Below are positions 48,201-60,920 of a DNA stretch of 64,000 nucleotides, piece after piece. The stretch is from Marsupella aquatica (lineage: Eukaryota > Plantae > Marchantiophyta). The notes below the pieces were generated by a model. It was not told where the DNA came from. It saw only the letters and a program-made list of their open reading frames with translations, and did not search any database. Numbering within the stretch: position 1 is the first letter of the stretch; every line of letters begins with the position of its first letter. The stretch is taken from assembly GCA_973895155.1 (NCBI GenBank), contig OZ316894.1, forward strand, positions 21,175,867-21,239,866, given 5' to 3'. Both the position numbers and the translations under genes were made by a program.

Positions 48201-51200
48201 AGAAGTGCAGCGACTTCCTTACATGCTAAAACAAACTATCCTGGGCCAAAACAAGAGGTAACCTGAATATGACATTGAAAAGCAAACACCACAATGTCCA
48301 GAATGATGAATGCACGCATCCCAGCTGCAAAGATCAGCACCTAAGATATCCAAGGACACGCTACCCATTAGTGAAATTGGAAGCACAACCTTGACCTTCC
48401 GCATCAACAGTTGGAGAAGGACATACTACACAATACAACTTTATAAGCATTCACAACACAAAAAACAAAAAACTCTGAGTGGTTGTTGGGTCACTTGAAT
48501 CAACTTAGTATATGACTTACTAGGGAAGTTTTTTCGTACCATATTTTTCACAAGATATTCACAACAATTTCTTGAAATTTAAGGGACAGAGTAAACGAGG
48601 TCTCACATCGGTGGGAAACCCATATCTAACAATTTGGAAGGATCCGATTAAAACCAACGCCACTGTCAGATAAGTGAGCATGACGACCTGCACAGCCACC
48701 ACCACCATCAGTGCGCGACTTCAAAAGCCCCAGCACACAGCGACTTTCACTTTCTTCTTCTGTAAGAAACACAGAATAATGCCAGTCTGTATCACCCATG
48801 GAGCGCCTCTTACATTTTATGAAGTGCGTGGCACAGGAGGAATCTAGGATGCTTACTGAGATCATGCTGCTATATTTGAGAGCTTTAAGTGTGGTTTGTA
48901 AAGACAATGGCAAGATCACCACGAGTCCAAAAAGTGCTATCAAGAATCTGCGCGCACACAATAAGAAAACCTTCCAGTAAATATGCAGGATAATATGGCA
49001 TGACAAAAGGTCTGTGAACGAGTCGATTTGTAAGTCCTCCAGTCACATCTAGCAATAATTTGCAGTCGTAATGCACGTTGAGCCTTCACGAATTGCAACA
49101 GAAACATTCTAGACGAAAATTGAAGAGAGTTTACCTGCGATTCCCCAATATCGAATTTTCTCCAAATTTCTCAGCAAAAATTGGTGTAAACACATCACCT
49201 GACCAACAAGAAAGCCCAAATGCATAATGAGAAAGTAATATAATGGTGATCACCCGACTGCACTCCAGACATCTACTTCACAGAATCCCAACATAAAAGT
49301 CAGTAGCATTTGATAGTTCGTCACCTGAAATGATGATGTATGAAGTACTGGCACCAATCAACAGGAAGAGCATGACCACAGAGGTGACGACAGCCATTTT
49401 GGTTCCGAGCAAAGTGCACACAAGACGCTGGACAATTCACAAGTATTCAGTGCAGGGGACCATGCAAATTACATCTTGATAAAATCTATCATCATTGCCT
49501 CTTAAAAGTCTCCAACTAGGGGTTCCAAGAACTTTGTTATTAATTCCTCCATTCATCCACGTCTATCTTGCCGGTGCATGATTCGAGGAAAGTGTAGGAA
49601 TCCTTTGAGCTAGAATGAAGCCCTCCGTCTCAAACTAAACCTGGAAGGTAGATATCGTTCTAATCTGAAATGTGTGCAAAGCGGCGATGAAAGGGTTGCA
49701 ATGATGGAAGATGAGCAATTGAAAGGTGTGTGAATCAAAACTCAGATTCAGACTAAAAATCATTTGAGTCGCTAAGAAATTGTCGACAGTATCATTAGAA
49801 TAGCAACTATAAGTGATGCAAGACAAATTTGAGCTGACGTTTTCGTGAAGCGTTCTGCGTTATGGACATCAAAGCTGTCTCTATGAATTACATAGTTCTT
49901 TTGACATTGCCGAGTAGTTCTTACACTAAGCTGTTTCCTGATCTCTGTAGCCCAAGCACATTCATAGAGGTAATGTCTTCTCGATGTACACTGTTTCCCT
50001 ACAAAATTCTTAAGTGCTAGTCATTCCCGTTTCTTGCTTACAAAAAAAGTGTTCTGCAGGCGAAAGGACGCAGCGACATGGGAAGTTGACTTTACTTCAA
50101 AAAATAACATACTGCGATCATCCAAGAATAAATCAACCAAGAAGACACAGTCTTCACTAGGTAGGCATGGGAAACCATAAGGTAGACAACCAGGGCATCC
50201 CAAAATGAGACACATTTTCAATATGGAGGTACATTTCAAGGTGAAGGACCTTCGTGAGATTTTATTCACCAGCATTGCGTGACCAAAATCCATGCACCAG
50301 TCAATGATTATTGACAGCACGCATGAGTAAAGCTATGACTCTCTGGGCCATCTCAAACCATGATGTGCTTCAAACGTTTATTAGAGAAGTCCATGAAACC
50401 TGGAAGAACGCAAGACAGGAAAGAGGTTCGTTTCGTCTTTATAAACGCAAGTTCACATTCTATCTTCGAGCCATCACAACAGTACTCTGCAGAAGGAGAG
50501 TACCTGTGATGATCAGATAGGAGATCATCGCTCCCGTTAAGAAAGTCAGCATCGTCACTGATGTGACTAAAGCCATTCTGGACCCCAGCACGGAAAGCAC
50601 CATTTGCTGGAACAATTCCCTGAATTCAGTGCTCAGACTACGATACAATTTCCTCATGAGACACCATGTACAAATCCTCACAAATTGTTCTCTATATAAG
50701 TCTTAACCCGATCCGCTAATTGGCATCATTTCCATAATTTTAAATGAAACGTTCAGCCTAGTCCTGACATACCCAAGAGCAAGAGCCTATCAAGAATCAC
50801 TCGCAGTTAACAGAAGCATCCAATCTCTATGGTCAATATTTTACATTACGGTCTTCTGGATCCAGAAAGCCAAACAAAACCTTCCACATAGATTTAAATA
50901 GTTTTTCCATGCCACCAGACATCAAGCAAAGAGAAGACGGCTAAAGAAGAGGATTGGGCAATAATGAGGCTACGAACACCCTTTTCAGAGCTGGTCAAAC
51001 ATTGCCACAAGAAGCTTCAAATGTCAATTATCCCTGAAATCTGATAAGAACAGAGAATGTCTCCAAATCCCAGGATTTGAGGATATACCTGATAAGATTG
51101 AGAGTTATGCTTTTCTGCAACTCTAACGAGGAGGCAGAGTGCAAAAACCTCAACAATCCATATCAAACTAGTAAAGAACAATCCTCCCACCAGACCAGTT

Positions 51201-51587
51201 TGCCTGCACACCACAAACTAACCTTGTCAATGTACTTCATTGAGCAACATAGTCTCCACAGACTATCTTCGTCTCCAAAAATAAATACCCGCTGCATGCA
51301 AAAACTGTTCCATTCAGGAGGAAGGAGCCAGGACGAATGAGTGCGGTGCAATATGACGTAAACACGGACCGAATGTGGACTATCACGAGCAGATAAATGC
51401 ATCCCGGTGGTATTTTATAAGTAGCGGGTTCGGAATAGAGGCTGTACACACCTGAATCCGTAAGGGAATGAGAGTACTCCAGCTCCAATTGCAGCATTGC
51501 ACATATTGAACACAGATATCCAAGGATTGTCATTTTTGCCAAACCGTCTACTGATGCCCAACAATGGCACCTTCTCGGATTGGGCCA
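45206..51587 (-). CDS. Amino-acid transporter, Aa_trans family (AVT6/SLC38A7-like, probably vacuolar), multi-exon
   Basis: MAQSEKVPLL (acidic dileucine motif)...SVFNMCNAAIGAGVLSFPYGFR|QTGL...SYQ|...ILPLSL...LKYSS...FAFQCHIQ|VVPIFAEL...GYLIF...CYPVQNHPAR...VFSIVGATGG..FIIPG. GT-AG introns. Confidence 0.92.
49325..49427 (-). other. Transporter alternative exon 3B (103 nt)
   Basis: gtccag|RLVCTLLGTKMAVVTSVVMLFLLIGASTSYIIIS-G|gtgac. Confidence 0.88.
50504..50606 (-). other. Transporter alternative exon 3A (103 nt)
   Basis: ttccag|QMVLSVLGSRMALVTSVTMLTFLTGAMISYLIIT-G|gtact. Confidence 0.88.
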
Positions 51588-51791
51588 TCCTCTCCTCTCC
51601 TCTCCTGAAGTTCTCTAAATTACAACGCTACAGCTCGAAGTTGAAAATCCATCATATCCTCTCCTCATCCACTACTCTACTCAAGCGATCTAGATTACAA
51701 AACAACCCTTCATCTCCTCTCCTGAAATTCACGGTCACCATATCTGATCTGATCTGCTAACGCAGAAGCCAGCTGGAGCCCAAATGCCGGT

Positions 51792-51906
51792 AGATGAACA
51801 GAACTTCTACACGAATTCTCCACCAGAAACAGCACAACAAACACCGTCAGATGAACAGAAATTCTACACGAATTCTCCACCAGAAGCAGCACAACAAACA
51901 CTGTCA
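51792..51906. repeat. 57-bp tandem duplication in the transporter 5' leader
   Basis: agatgaacagaa.ttctacacgaattctccaccagaa.cagcacaacaaacac.gtca twice. Confidence 0.85.
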
Positions 51907-52425
51907 CCTACTGACATTGCATCAATTGACACAACGGGTCCATCCGTTTTGCCAAATCTCTTCCTTCTTTCCGTGTCTCCTCATTCCAGGGAGCCAACTC
52001 GCGAGCACTTCGAACTTCGAACTTCGAAGCGGCACCGATGATGGCCAACCAAGCCCACGTACCCACCCACGCCGAGATTGGTCCACGAGTTCCGTGCCGA
52101 TCCGAATACACCTCAAGTGCACGTGGAAGAGGAAGAATTCATTATTCATGTGGCTCGTGACAGCACAGTCCTGGCTGTGCCCAACAGAAGTTCCGGTCTA
52201 AATACAGAGCTCTGAATTGAACTCTTTCTCGTCTTCCAAGAGAAATTGGCCCTCCATTTTGGGGGACTCTACTAAATATTTTTGTTTTGTTTTTTCCTTT
52301 CTTTCTTGGGGGGAGGGGGAGGGGGAGGTTTTGAGGCATGATGCCAAGGGTTTGGGACATTGGTTTGAAAGGACGGGATGAAAATTGGTATCAATGTCCA
52401 AAATTTCCTGGGAAGAGGACATTAA

Positions 52426-52583
52426 GGGTGTGTCAAATATCTCAGTTACGGCCAAGGACAAAATATGTTCTTACTACCTGGACATAAACACTACGGGCTA
52501 CCTAGATAGGTGTACCATAAGTATGGTATGTCCAAAAAGTTTCAGCCATAAGACCTTGCATATGGTAGTACTGTGACACACCC
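52426..52583. mobile_element. 158-bp MITE, TIR GGGTGTGTCA...TGACACACCC, flanked by AA/AA
   Basis: 10-bp perfect inverted termini; related copy at 13885. Confidence 0.65.
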
Positions 52584-55344
52584 AATTGGTTGGAAAGGAC
52601 ATGATGCTAATTTTCTGGGACAATGGGTTTTGAGCCTTGGTACCCATTTTGGATTTCACTTTCATCAATGAGTGAAACTCAAATGGGTACAAAGGCTCAA
52701 AACCCAGTCTTCCACAAAAGCAAAAGTAAGTGGAGAAAGTCTACTAGGGAGAGGAGAACCACCACAGATACACATTAAACCACCAGAGGCCATATAAAAA
52801 GAGAAGTTTCCAAGACTTCTCCCTTGTCACATTTATCTCCTCTAGGGTGAGACTCTGTTCCACAATTTCAGAAAAAAAAGGTACTAAAATGGTGAAACCT
52901 AGTGGATCCAGGTTTTGTCATGGACAGTGGGACTTTAAGGAGAGTGAATTGGTTGGAAAGGAAAACCTGGATAACACAAAGGTTTGACAAGGTGCTTGGA
53001 TGGACTCTGACATTGATAGAGACAATCCAAACTTTGAAGTATACTTCCATGCATCCACTACTTACAGCTCTTTAAGAGAATATTTCTCCTGATTAATTTG
53101 TTACATTATGAATGTGTCCATCTGAGCCTCTAGAACCACTATCTTTGTATCAAGGGGGGCTTTTCTTTTCCTGGGGATGGGGGGCTTTTCTTTTGAATTG
53201 ACTGGATGTGACAACACATTATTAATGTGACATGGTCCTTGTGCTGGATAAAGGAAGATTTTGAAAGGTTTGAAAAGTGGCCCTCTACACCATGAGGTTG
53301 TGTTGGTACGTAATTGAGAGTCGTTGAAGAGGATATTGTTAGTCTCGGTGTAAGAACATTGCTGTTTTCCTTTCTTTCTATTTTAAAGGAACTTGCGTGT
53401 TCTATCCACCTCTGACTAACTGGCTACCTCAGGGTCACTTTTTGGTCTCTTTTTCAAGCTTTTAATTAAATCGTCATATATATATATAGTCGCCAGCTGG
53501 CTCTTCACCTGGCTGTGTCACCCTTTAAACTTTTAGATTCCTCCCCAAGAAAGAATTAAAATGTTAGAAATCCTTTTTGTAAAAGTAGCCCTGGCTAGTT
53601 CTTGGCTTGTGGACCATGATAAATTCTCTCATTGTTCCTGTCACTGAAGAGGAGCAAATGCTTGTAACACTTCCTCACCTACTATCGTAGCAATTGAAAG
53701 CAAGAAGTGTGACAATTAACAGAGAGGTTTGTGGACCACTCTATTCTTTAAGTTTTTCCTGAGAGGATCAAGACCCTAAAAAAAGAATGATGCTTTCTAG
53801 ATCCTACAGCTAGAGAGAGCATTTCAAAGGTGACGGGGACATGCACCAAACAAGCATGGTGAATAGAGCAACTCCACTTGTCCTCTGGAGGCTACGAAGG
53901 TGCCTCTATATAATTTAGGAGGTAAGGAGAATAAACAACAACATGGATAAATATACGTGAACTGACTTTCCATGTGTTGAAAGATCCCAAGTTTTTCGGT
54001 CCACATTAAAACAGGAAAACTGAAGCAGCAAAGGTCCCACAGTCCGACATGTGTGGTGCATGAGGTGCAGGCCTAGAAAACATTTGATTGTGTTAGCAGG
54101 AACTTGGGTCAAAGGCATTTGCATATTCAGGACCACCAGGGTAGCCTATGAAGCATGATTTTATTGTAGTCGGCCTATTGTAGAGTTTTATTTATTTTCT
54201 CTGTAAGACTGTAAAGGCCATGTTGCATGTAGACGGTCCTGGAAAAAATATGACCCTTTAGATAACTGATGGCAGACTATGAGTGAGCGAGACTTTCCTC
54301 CTCCTGAGGCAGTCCTCACTGCAATAATCAAGAATTTGGAAGGCAAGGGCCAGACACTTTCCGGCTCTTCACCGTCCCGGCTTTCATATTTGAATAAGAC
54401 AACAGAAACTGCTTTCCACTGCAGAGAAAACTGAGTATACTTCACAGGATTAGTCTATATTTCTATGTGCTTTTGGAGCATGAATGATGGCAAGTTTAGG
54501 AAAACACTCTCCTTGGAGGGCTTTGCTTTGGAGAACACTCTCCTTGGTGGGCTTTACCCAACACAATAAAGTTGGCACTTCCTGAGTGAACAACTTCTAA
54601 GTGCAAATTTGGCTAATTTCAAGCTGTCCAGTTCTTCCTTTATTTTTCCTGACCATTTCTCACTTTTCATAAGTGCAAAGAGAGCTATACTAATGATAAA
54701 TGTGTAAGTGCAAACCCTGTATAAGGGTATGTGTACACTTCTGTGTAAGAGCACAAAATTCTATGCAAAACTCTTATGGATAAGTGGATCCCATTTGATA
54801 GATCTTACTTGACAAGGGTTTTACAAAAGGTATGTGCAATCCGCAGGATGTACACTCGGATGTACAGCCGATGGTTTAGGGAACGCACGAGACTCGAACT
54901 TGAACTCATGATGTCAACTTCTTGAATGTGACAAGGGACTGAGGGAAGAGGAATGACTGAAGGGTGAAGCACTCCAGCAGCAAGAAAAAGAATCATTGTG
55001 TTAGCTTTGTATAAGCACAAGTCTGAAAAGGTGTACTTATAATATAGTGCAAACCACATGCAAGTGCAAACCCCTGGCTTCTTCCCTGAAATGTGCACTT
55101 TGGGGAAGAGCCAACTGTATTCTGGCAAAAATCTGTTTTCAAACCAAACTGACAGAATAATGTCCTAAAAATCGGGAATTTGGGACTCCTTATTTTCTGT
55201 CAATTTGTCGCCACGGTTCACTTCATCACTCGATGAAGCATCCGTGACTTGTTCAGACCAGGGTTCAGACACAATGAAGTGACAACTTCCACCCTTTCTT
55301 CAAAGTTATATGGCCAGGGTATATGTTAAGGTTTATGTTTTTAA

Positions 55345-55548
55345 CTAGGGTGGCCAATGTCACCTTGTGTGAAGGAAAACAATTCTTCACCTAATTTTAC
55401 CCAAATAATTTTTATCATAAGACATCCCTAGATTGAAAGGGTTTTCTTTTTAGCTAGGGTGGCCAATGTCACCTTGTGTGAAGGAGAAGATTCCGCACCT
55501 AATTTTACTCAATAAGTTTTCATCATCAGATATCCCTAGGTTGAAGGA
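55345..55548. repeat. ~108-bp tandem duplication, each unit bounded by CTAGGG...CCCTAG
   Basis: ctagggtggccaatgtcaccttgtgtgaagga...cacctaattttac...atccctag.ttgaa twice. Confidence 0.8.
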
Positions 55549-56933
55549 TGACAGTCAGATCTTGGCCAACGGGGTCTGTGGCAAGGGGGAAAGTGGCTAA
55601 TGGAAGACAAAAAAACCTAGAGAAATTGTGTCAAAGAAATTTTGCCAAAAGCATCCAAGACTTTTCACTCATGGAATCTGGCGAATTTTCACCACCAAAA
55701 AGAAACCACTGGATGTGGGAGTCTTGGTGAATATCTCTAGTAAATGTGCACAAGTGACGGACCACGAACATGTTCATTCACAGCGCTTCAGTACTGTAGT
55801 GCAGTTTTAAAGTTGACAACATTTTGCAATCAAAACAATAAGAAGACAAATACAGAATGGGCTCTTGTGGTCCAGAATGCTGCAGAGACAATCATCGGAG
55901 GAATATATGATTGGAAGGAAGTGCCATGATAACAACTAAACCCAATTCGGAGTTTCATGTCTTTATCACGGCTGTGTTCGGTTAGAATGAAGGAAGGAGA
56001 CATTGCTGACAAATATGTGGAGTCATCTAATCTTTGATTAAATTGTTGTAAATTGTTGCCGAATTTTTCATATATTAATCACCTCCAGAGCAGAAACAAA
56101 ATCTCATCTGCCTCAGAACCCTGACCTGTCTACTTGCGCTGCAACCACTTTACACAATCCTGAGAATACACTAGACCTTAAACCCGGATGCATCAAATGT
56201 CTTGTCCAACTATGACCAGAGTGCAATTTTGCAGCTCGAACATATATCCTCTACAAGGGAGTGAGCTTATACCACACGCACTCCGATCCTATCGAATTAA
56301 ACAGGATGAAGTGATCACCGGGCTTTACCCTGGTCTGGAACGGTGAAATGTGTTCAGATAAGCGCTTGGCCTATCTGTTGACTCCAATTTCCCCTCCCTA
56401 GACAGAATCCTTTGTGGCCAGCACCACCTCAAAACTGCGATTCCGGTACTATCCAGAACCTGCCATATTTGCTTTCGTTCGGTGAAGCTTTAGATTTTTA
56501 CCTGTGCCACACTATCTTAACATTGAGAGCCAGACTCTGCTGTCCAACAGCTGATGTACATATTTGTACTGTCGAAAATTCTGGTGCTCGATGTTAATGA
56601 CACTTCCGGTACAGCACGAACTAGGAGTGACCATAACGTCAACATCCAAGTAGAATTTGGGTCTGCTGTCTTGAATTACCAGCTTAGAAGGATCGTGGAA
56701 ATTTCTTAGACACTTCTGTGGATCTTCTACGACTACCAATTCCAACCCCTTGATCTACTGGCTGTACCCGATGAAAGAAGTCTATACTGCCGTTGATTTC
56801 TTCAGTCAAGGAGTCATGATTTCACTCTCAATGGCATTCACAAAAATACCTCAAAAATTAGACCAAAATATGCTGGTAATCGTGGTCTAGATCCCTTATC
56901 TGGCTCTACCTGTAGTGCAATGCTCCTGTAAAA

Positions 56934-59866
56934 TCATTGCATATTGTGCAATCTTGGTTCGGGCCAGCTTGGAATGTTCGCTGTCGCCTCATTCACTGCT
57001 TTGACCAAGGTCACCTGTACTAACACAAGTCATACACAAGAAATGAAAAGGTTTCTGAGGATGATCATATTACAACAGCTACTCAACACCAAAAAGTTTT
57101 ACGAGTTGCATGAATAAAAATCAAGAATGCGAACCTCGAAAACTTCTAAAAAAATCCGGAACGTCAAATAGCCATCTTATGCAGGTCATTTGTTTTTGGC
57201 ACAAGAAGTCACAACAGTTCCAATGTTTCTCCCGTCTAGAAGAATGTATAGTAGCATCTTTTGTCGCTTATCTGAAATAATTGGCGCAACTAAGGTATTT
57301 GAAATCTGAAAAACTTCAGTTTACAGACCGAACAGGTTAGCGAAATCCAAAATTTTCAGAACGCACCACTGTTTCGGGAACTCCAGGAGGAGGCATAGGA
57401 AAATTTTTGGGAGGATATTTTTCTGAGAAGGACCTCTTGTCAAACCTCCACTCCCCAATCGTCCCATACGTCAACTCACCCTGCAGCACATATCCAGAAT
57501 CCTCCCCATAATGTCAGCATACGGTGAAGTTCAACAATCGTACCCAACTACCCGTCCAGAGAAATGAGGTTTCTGGGTAAATGATACTGATAAGGGATGA
57601 AAATGCGGACTCTGCTCAAGTTTAATGTGCAAAGTAGTAGAGCTATTGGTCAAATTCACCAAACATATCTGGCCGGTCCCTTGTGCATAAATAAGTGAAT
57701 TCAAGTACCATCTTTCAAACTCGATATTACAGGGGGATCCGCATACTTTAGCTGTTGCACCTATGGAGGATACTACCTTCATGTTATAATCACATCCATA
57801 AGAGTAGTGAATGATATAACCGTTCTTGATTGCTGTGTCAAACGGAGTCTGGAAACAGACGGCAATACCACAGGATAAGACGATGGACTTGCAAAGCCAA
57901 ATTACCTTCATTGTGTAATCACAGCCATATGTGTAGTGAATGATGTACATGTCTCGTAGTTCAAGGTCCCAAGGAGGCTGAAATCAAACAGCAGAGAAAC
58001 TGTCATGAGTTATGACATTTATCTATAAAAGATATAAGACTTATACTTTGCAAATTTCATGAGTTGGGACAGAAAAATTGAAAACTCCCCCACGCACAAT
58101 TCAGAAACCCTAAGATTGGAACTTGGTAGCTACCGCGCCTTCTGTCAAGGTCATTATTACCTGGAGCATGAAATCTTTCCTCAGAATGTGCTGAACACCA
58201 TGAAGGGCAGATGCTGTAGCATAGGCGTACCTGCCATAGAGTCCACACGATCTGTTAACGTCCCTTACTTCCGTGGCACTCTATTCGAAGTCATTGTACA
58301 ATTATACTGTCTATCACAAGCACAGTTCTAGAGATCAATTCCGCGCGGATTCGTAAAAACTACAAAAAGCATTCAAATCCAATTTGTGGTCTTACATTTC
58401 CAGCACCCAACCAAATTCCTTATCAGCTTCTGGATCGTCTTTCATGGCTAGCGAGGTATTGTGCCAGGTTGGAGCAATCTTCATCAGCTGAGACTGAACT
58501 CACCAAAGATAAAACCCAATTTCCCCGGATCAGAGCGAAACTCGCATGAAGAAATTGGGAGACCGAATGCTTGAAAATGCAATATGGCACACTCTATGTT
58601 GACATTAGGTAGATGAAGTTCGAGGGAGACAGAAACTCGAGCAACACCTTCTTGATGATGACTGGCGAGTTGCCGATCGGGTCAACGTTGGAGATTGGGC
58701 CCTTTTCGACGGGATAAAACCTCCGCATAATTTTTTCAAACCGTTTGGGCTCGATGTAGAAAAAAGGAAACCCAGCAGGCATGTCATCTGTAGCCAAATT
58801 AGGCAGCGCCCTTATGAAAATGTGATCCGGTTCGGCCATCATAATATACCTGACACGACGGCATTGGGGAGCTGTTAGATTGCAGACAGGCCCGCTTTTA
58901 ATTTCCTAACTACGCAAGCAACCTCAAGCAGGGGTCATCCAATGATGAGACGAAATCAGCAGTGACTTCAGAGATTCGACAAATTATGTCATGTCTTGAG
59001 CCAAAAATATGAGCTGAATGCCAGGCATTGCTATTTCAAACACTCACTCTTCTTCAATGTTCGCCTTTTCTAGCCATTGAACAAACGCCCACGGCCGGTT
59101 CAAAACGACATATCCCTGCACAATCAAACCATCCACTGTCTCGATCGGGTACGGGTATGGGTCTATCCAGCTTACGAAATGGCAGTTTCCGCCGATGTGA
59201 GCTGATCCTGATTTTGGTTAATTTCTTTGGTTCCGTTAAACCCAGCTGAGCAGGTGAAGAAACACAAGTCTCATCCACTCTGCAACAACGGAAATAACTA
59301 AGGACGGAATGGAACATTTAGAAATTGCTTTGGAGCGACATTGCAAACAAGAAAGAACTAGACGAAGATAAATAGAAACGCTCCCTCCAGGAAAACATCC
59401 TCAGCCGTTGCGAAAACGAGGAACACACCCGGTCTTGGCCCGGAGGCAGAGGATCCACTATGAATGTGGGAATTTCATCCATCACGTCGTCGGGTTTGCC
59501 GGAGTGCAAGAGTCGGGTGAACCCACCCATTTCGGAATCCGGATGATCCTTCAATTTCTTATACCAGTAGTACATAATCAGGCACTGCCACCGGTTATAT
59601 AGCGACTCATTAACCGTGACCACCACGTGATACAACCTCTTTTTCTTCGGTCCCTGCTGCAAACGCCTCAAATCGCGCGGCATTTTCACTAGTGGATCGA
59701 AGTACCTTTCGGAATTCTCGTCATCTAAAACCGAATTAGAAAGAGCACCACGATCAGACAAGTTCAACTTCGCCCTGTACATGACGATCATCGACGCCGT
59801 GTTGTACGTGACTACACAGAGGGCAAACGTGACCACCAGCAAGAAAATGAGCGTCGTCCGCCTCAT
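56934..59866 (-). CDS. HPAT: Hydroxyproline O-arabinosyltransferase (HPAT/RDN1 family, GT95), multi-exon
   Basis: N-terminal TM, YNRWQCLIMYYWYKK, MGGFTRLLHSGKPD, GYVVLNRPWAFVQW, MAEPDHIF, DPIGNSPVII, FGWVLEM|YAYA, IIHYTYGCDY, GEWRFDKRS, VNEATANIPSW. Confidence 0.96.
57777..57848 (-). other. HPAT alternative exon B (72 nt)
   Basis: ttccag|TPFDTAIKNGYIIHYSYGCDYNMK|gtagta. Confidence 0.88.
57906..57977 (-). other. HPAT alternative exon A (72 nt)
   Basis: tttcag|PPWDLELRDMYIIHYTYGCDYTMK|gtaatt. Confidence 0.9.
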
Positions 59867-60750
59867 TGTGCCGAAATCTTTCCTCTTCTCTACGCGTTCA
59901 AATCACTTCCTTCCCCTGCTACTCCCTCCGCTTCTCTCCCTATAAAAACCCCCACGACCTCCTCGCGAGCTCGTCTTCACCTTGTCGCACCAATAATCGC
60001 CCCAATCCACCGACACAGCCGTCTCTCAATCAATCATTCACAACTGAATCCATCGCCACCGCCCTCGCTAAATGAGCCCAAACCTACGCCCCTTCTCTGC
60101 TGTTCCTCCTCCTCCTCCTCCTCGCGCAGAATTCGAGCTCATCCATTTCTGCTCTCTTCTCAAACAATCGTCCCGTGGGTTCTCAAGAATCACGTCCATT
60201 TCTGCTGGCTCAAATGCTCTCTCGTCAAATCGACCTGTCGGATCTCAATGTCTTTATCGTCCCACTGTCTTCATCGTCCCGGGCGAGAAGCAGGTTTCCA
60301 TCGCTGCCAAGACCTTCAGACCTTCAGACCTGATGATGAGGAGGAGGAGGAGGAAAATGTACCGAATTTGTTCCAATTTCGGAATGCGCGAGAGAGACAA
60401 TCATGAGCTGGACTGAGATAACTCTTCTGAGATCGAGCCCGCATTAAATTTGATGGAGGATTTCCTCGATTCCGCGTCGGCGAGCTGCTGCTGCAGCTCT
60501 GTTCTCCGACCGAACCCGCATTTGACGGACGATGCTTTCGGTCTCACAGAAGACATTTCTCTTCAGTCTTCAGTCTTCATTCCCTTCGAAAGTAAACGTA
60601 CCGGTTTGTTTTGTGATGGGGCCAGTGGGGCCAAGCCGAGCCGACAGTGGCGGACACCGTTGGCTCCGTACGGACTCTCCAACGGTATTACGTTAAAACA
60701 GTGAACCTGTCTAAGTGCAGGTTTCCCGGGATGACACCATCGAGTAGCAC

Positions 60751-60886
60751 CACCAAGTAGCACTTATCCAGGGACTGGACTATGTTATAAGTGCACAGGG
60801 TATCATTCACGCATTTTTCACCAAGTAGCACTTATCCAGGGACTGGACTATGTTATAAGTGCACAGGGTATCATTCACGCATTTTT
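60751..60886. repeat. Perfect 68-bp tandem duplication
   Basis: caccaagtagcacttatccagggactggactatgttataagtgcacagggtatcattcacgcattttt twice; a diverged relative lies at ~61425-61465. Confidence 0.9.
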
Positions 60887-60920
60887 CCATTAGCAGGAAC
60901 CCAGGGGGTCCTGGTACATG

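Noticed and set aside
48598-48612. GTCTCACATCG resembling an snRNA USE element
   Set aside because: It overlaps a transporter exon/donor junction on the opposite strand, and no snRNA follows.
51078-51088. Donor GTATATCCTC as a U12-type splice site
   Set aside because: Does not match the GTATCCTT consensus; treated as a normal U2 donor.
57367-57480. Suspected frameshift in homopolymer runs of the HPAT exon
   Set aside because: Recount gives 114 nt in frame (SFSEKYPPKNFPMPPPGVPETV).
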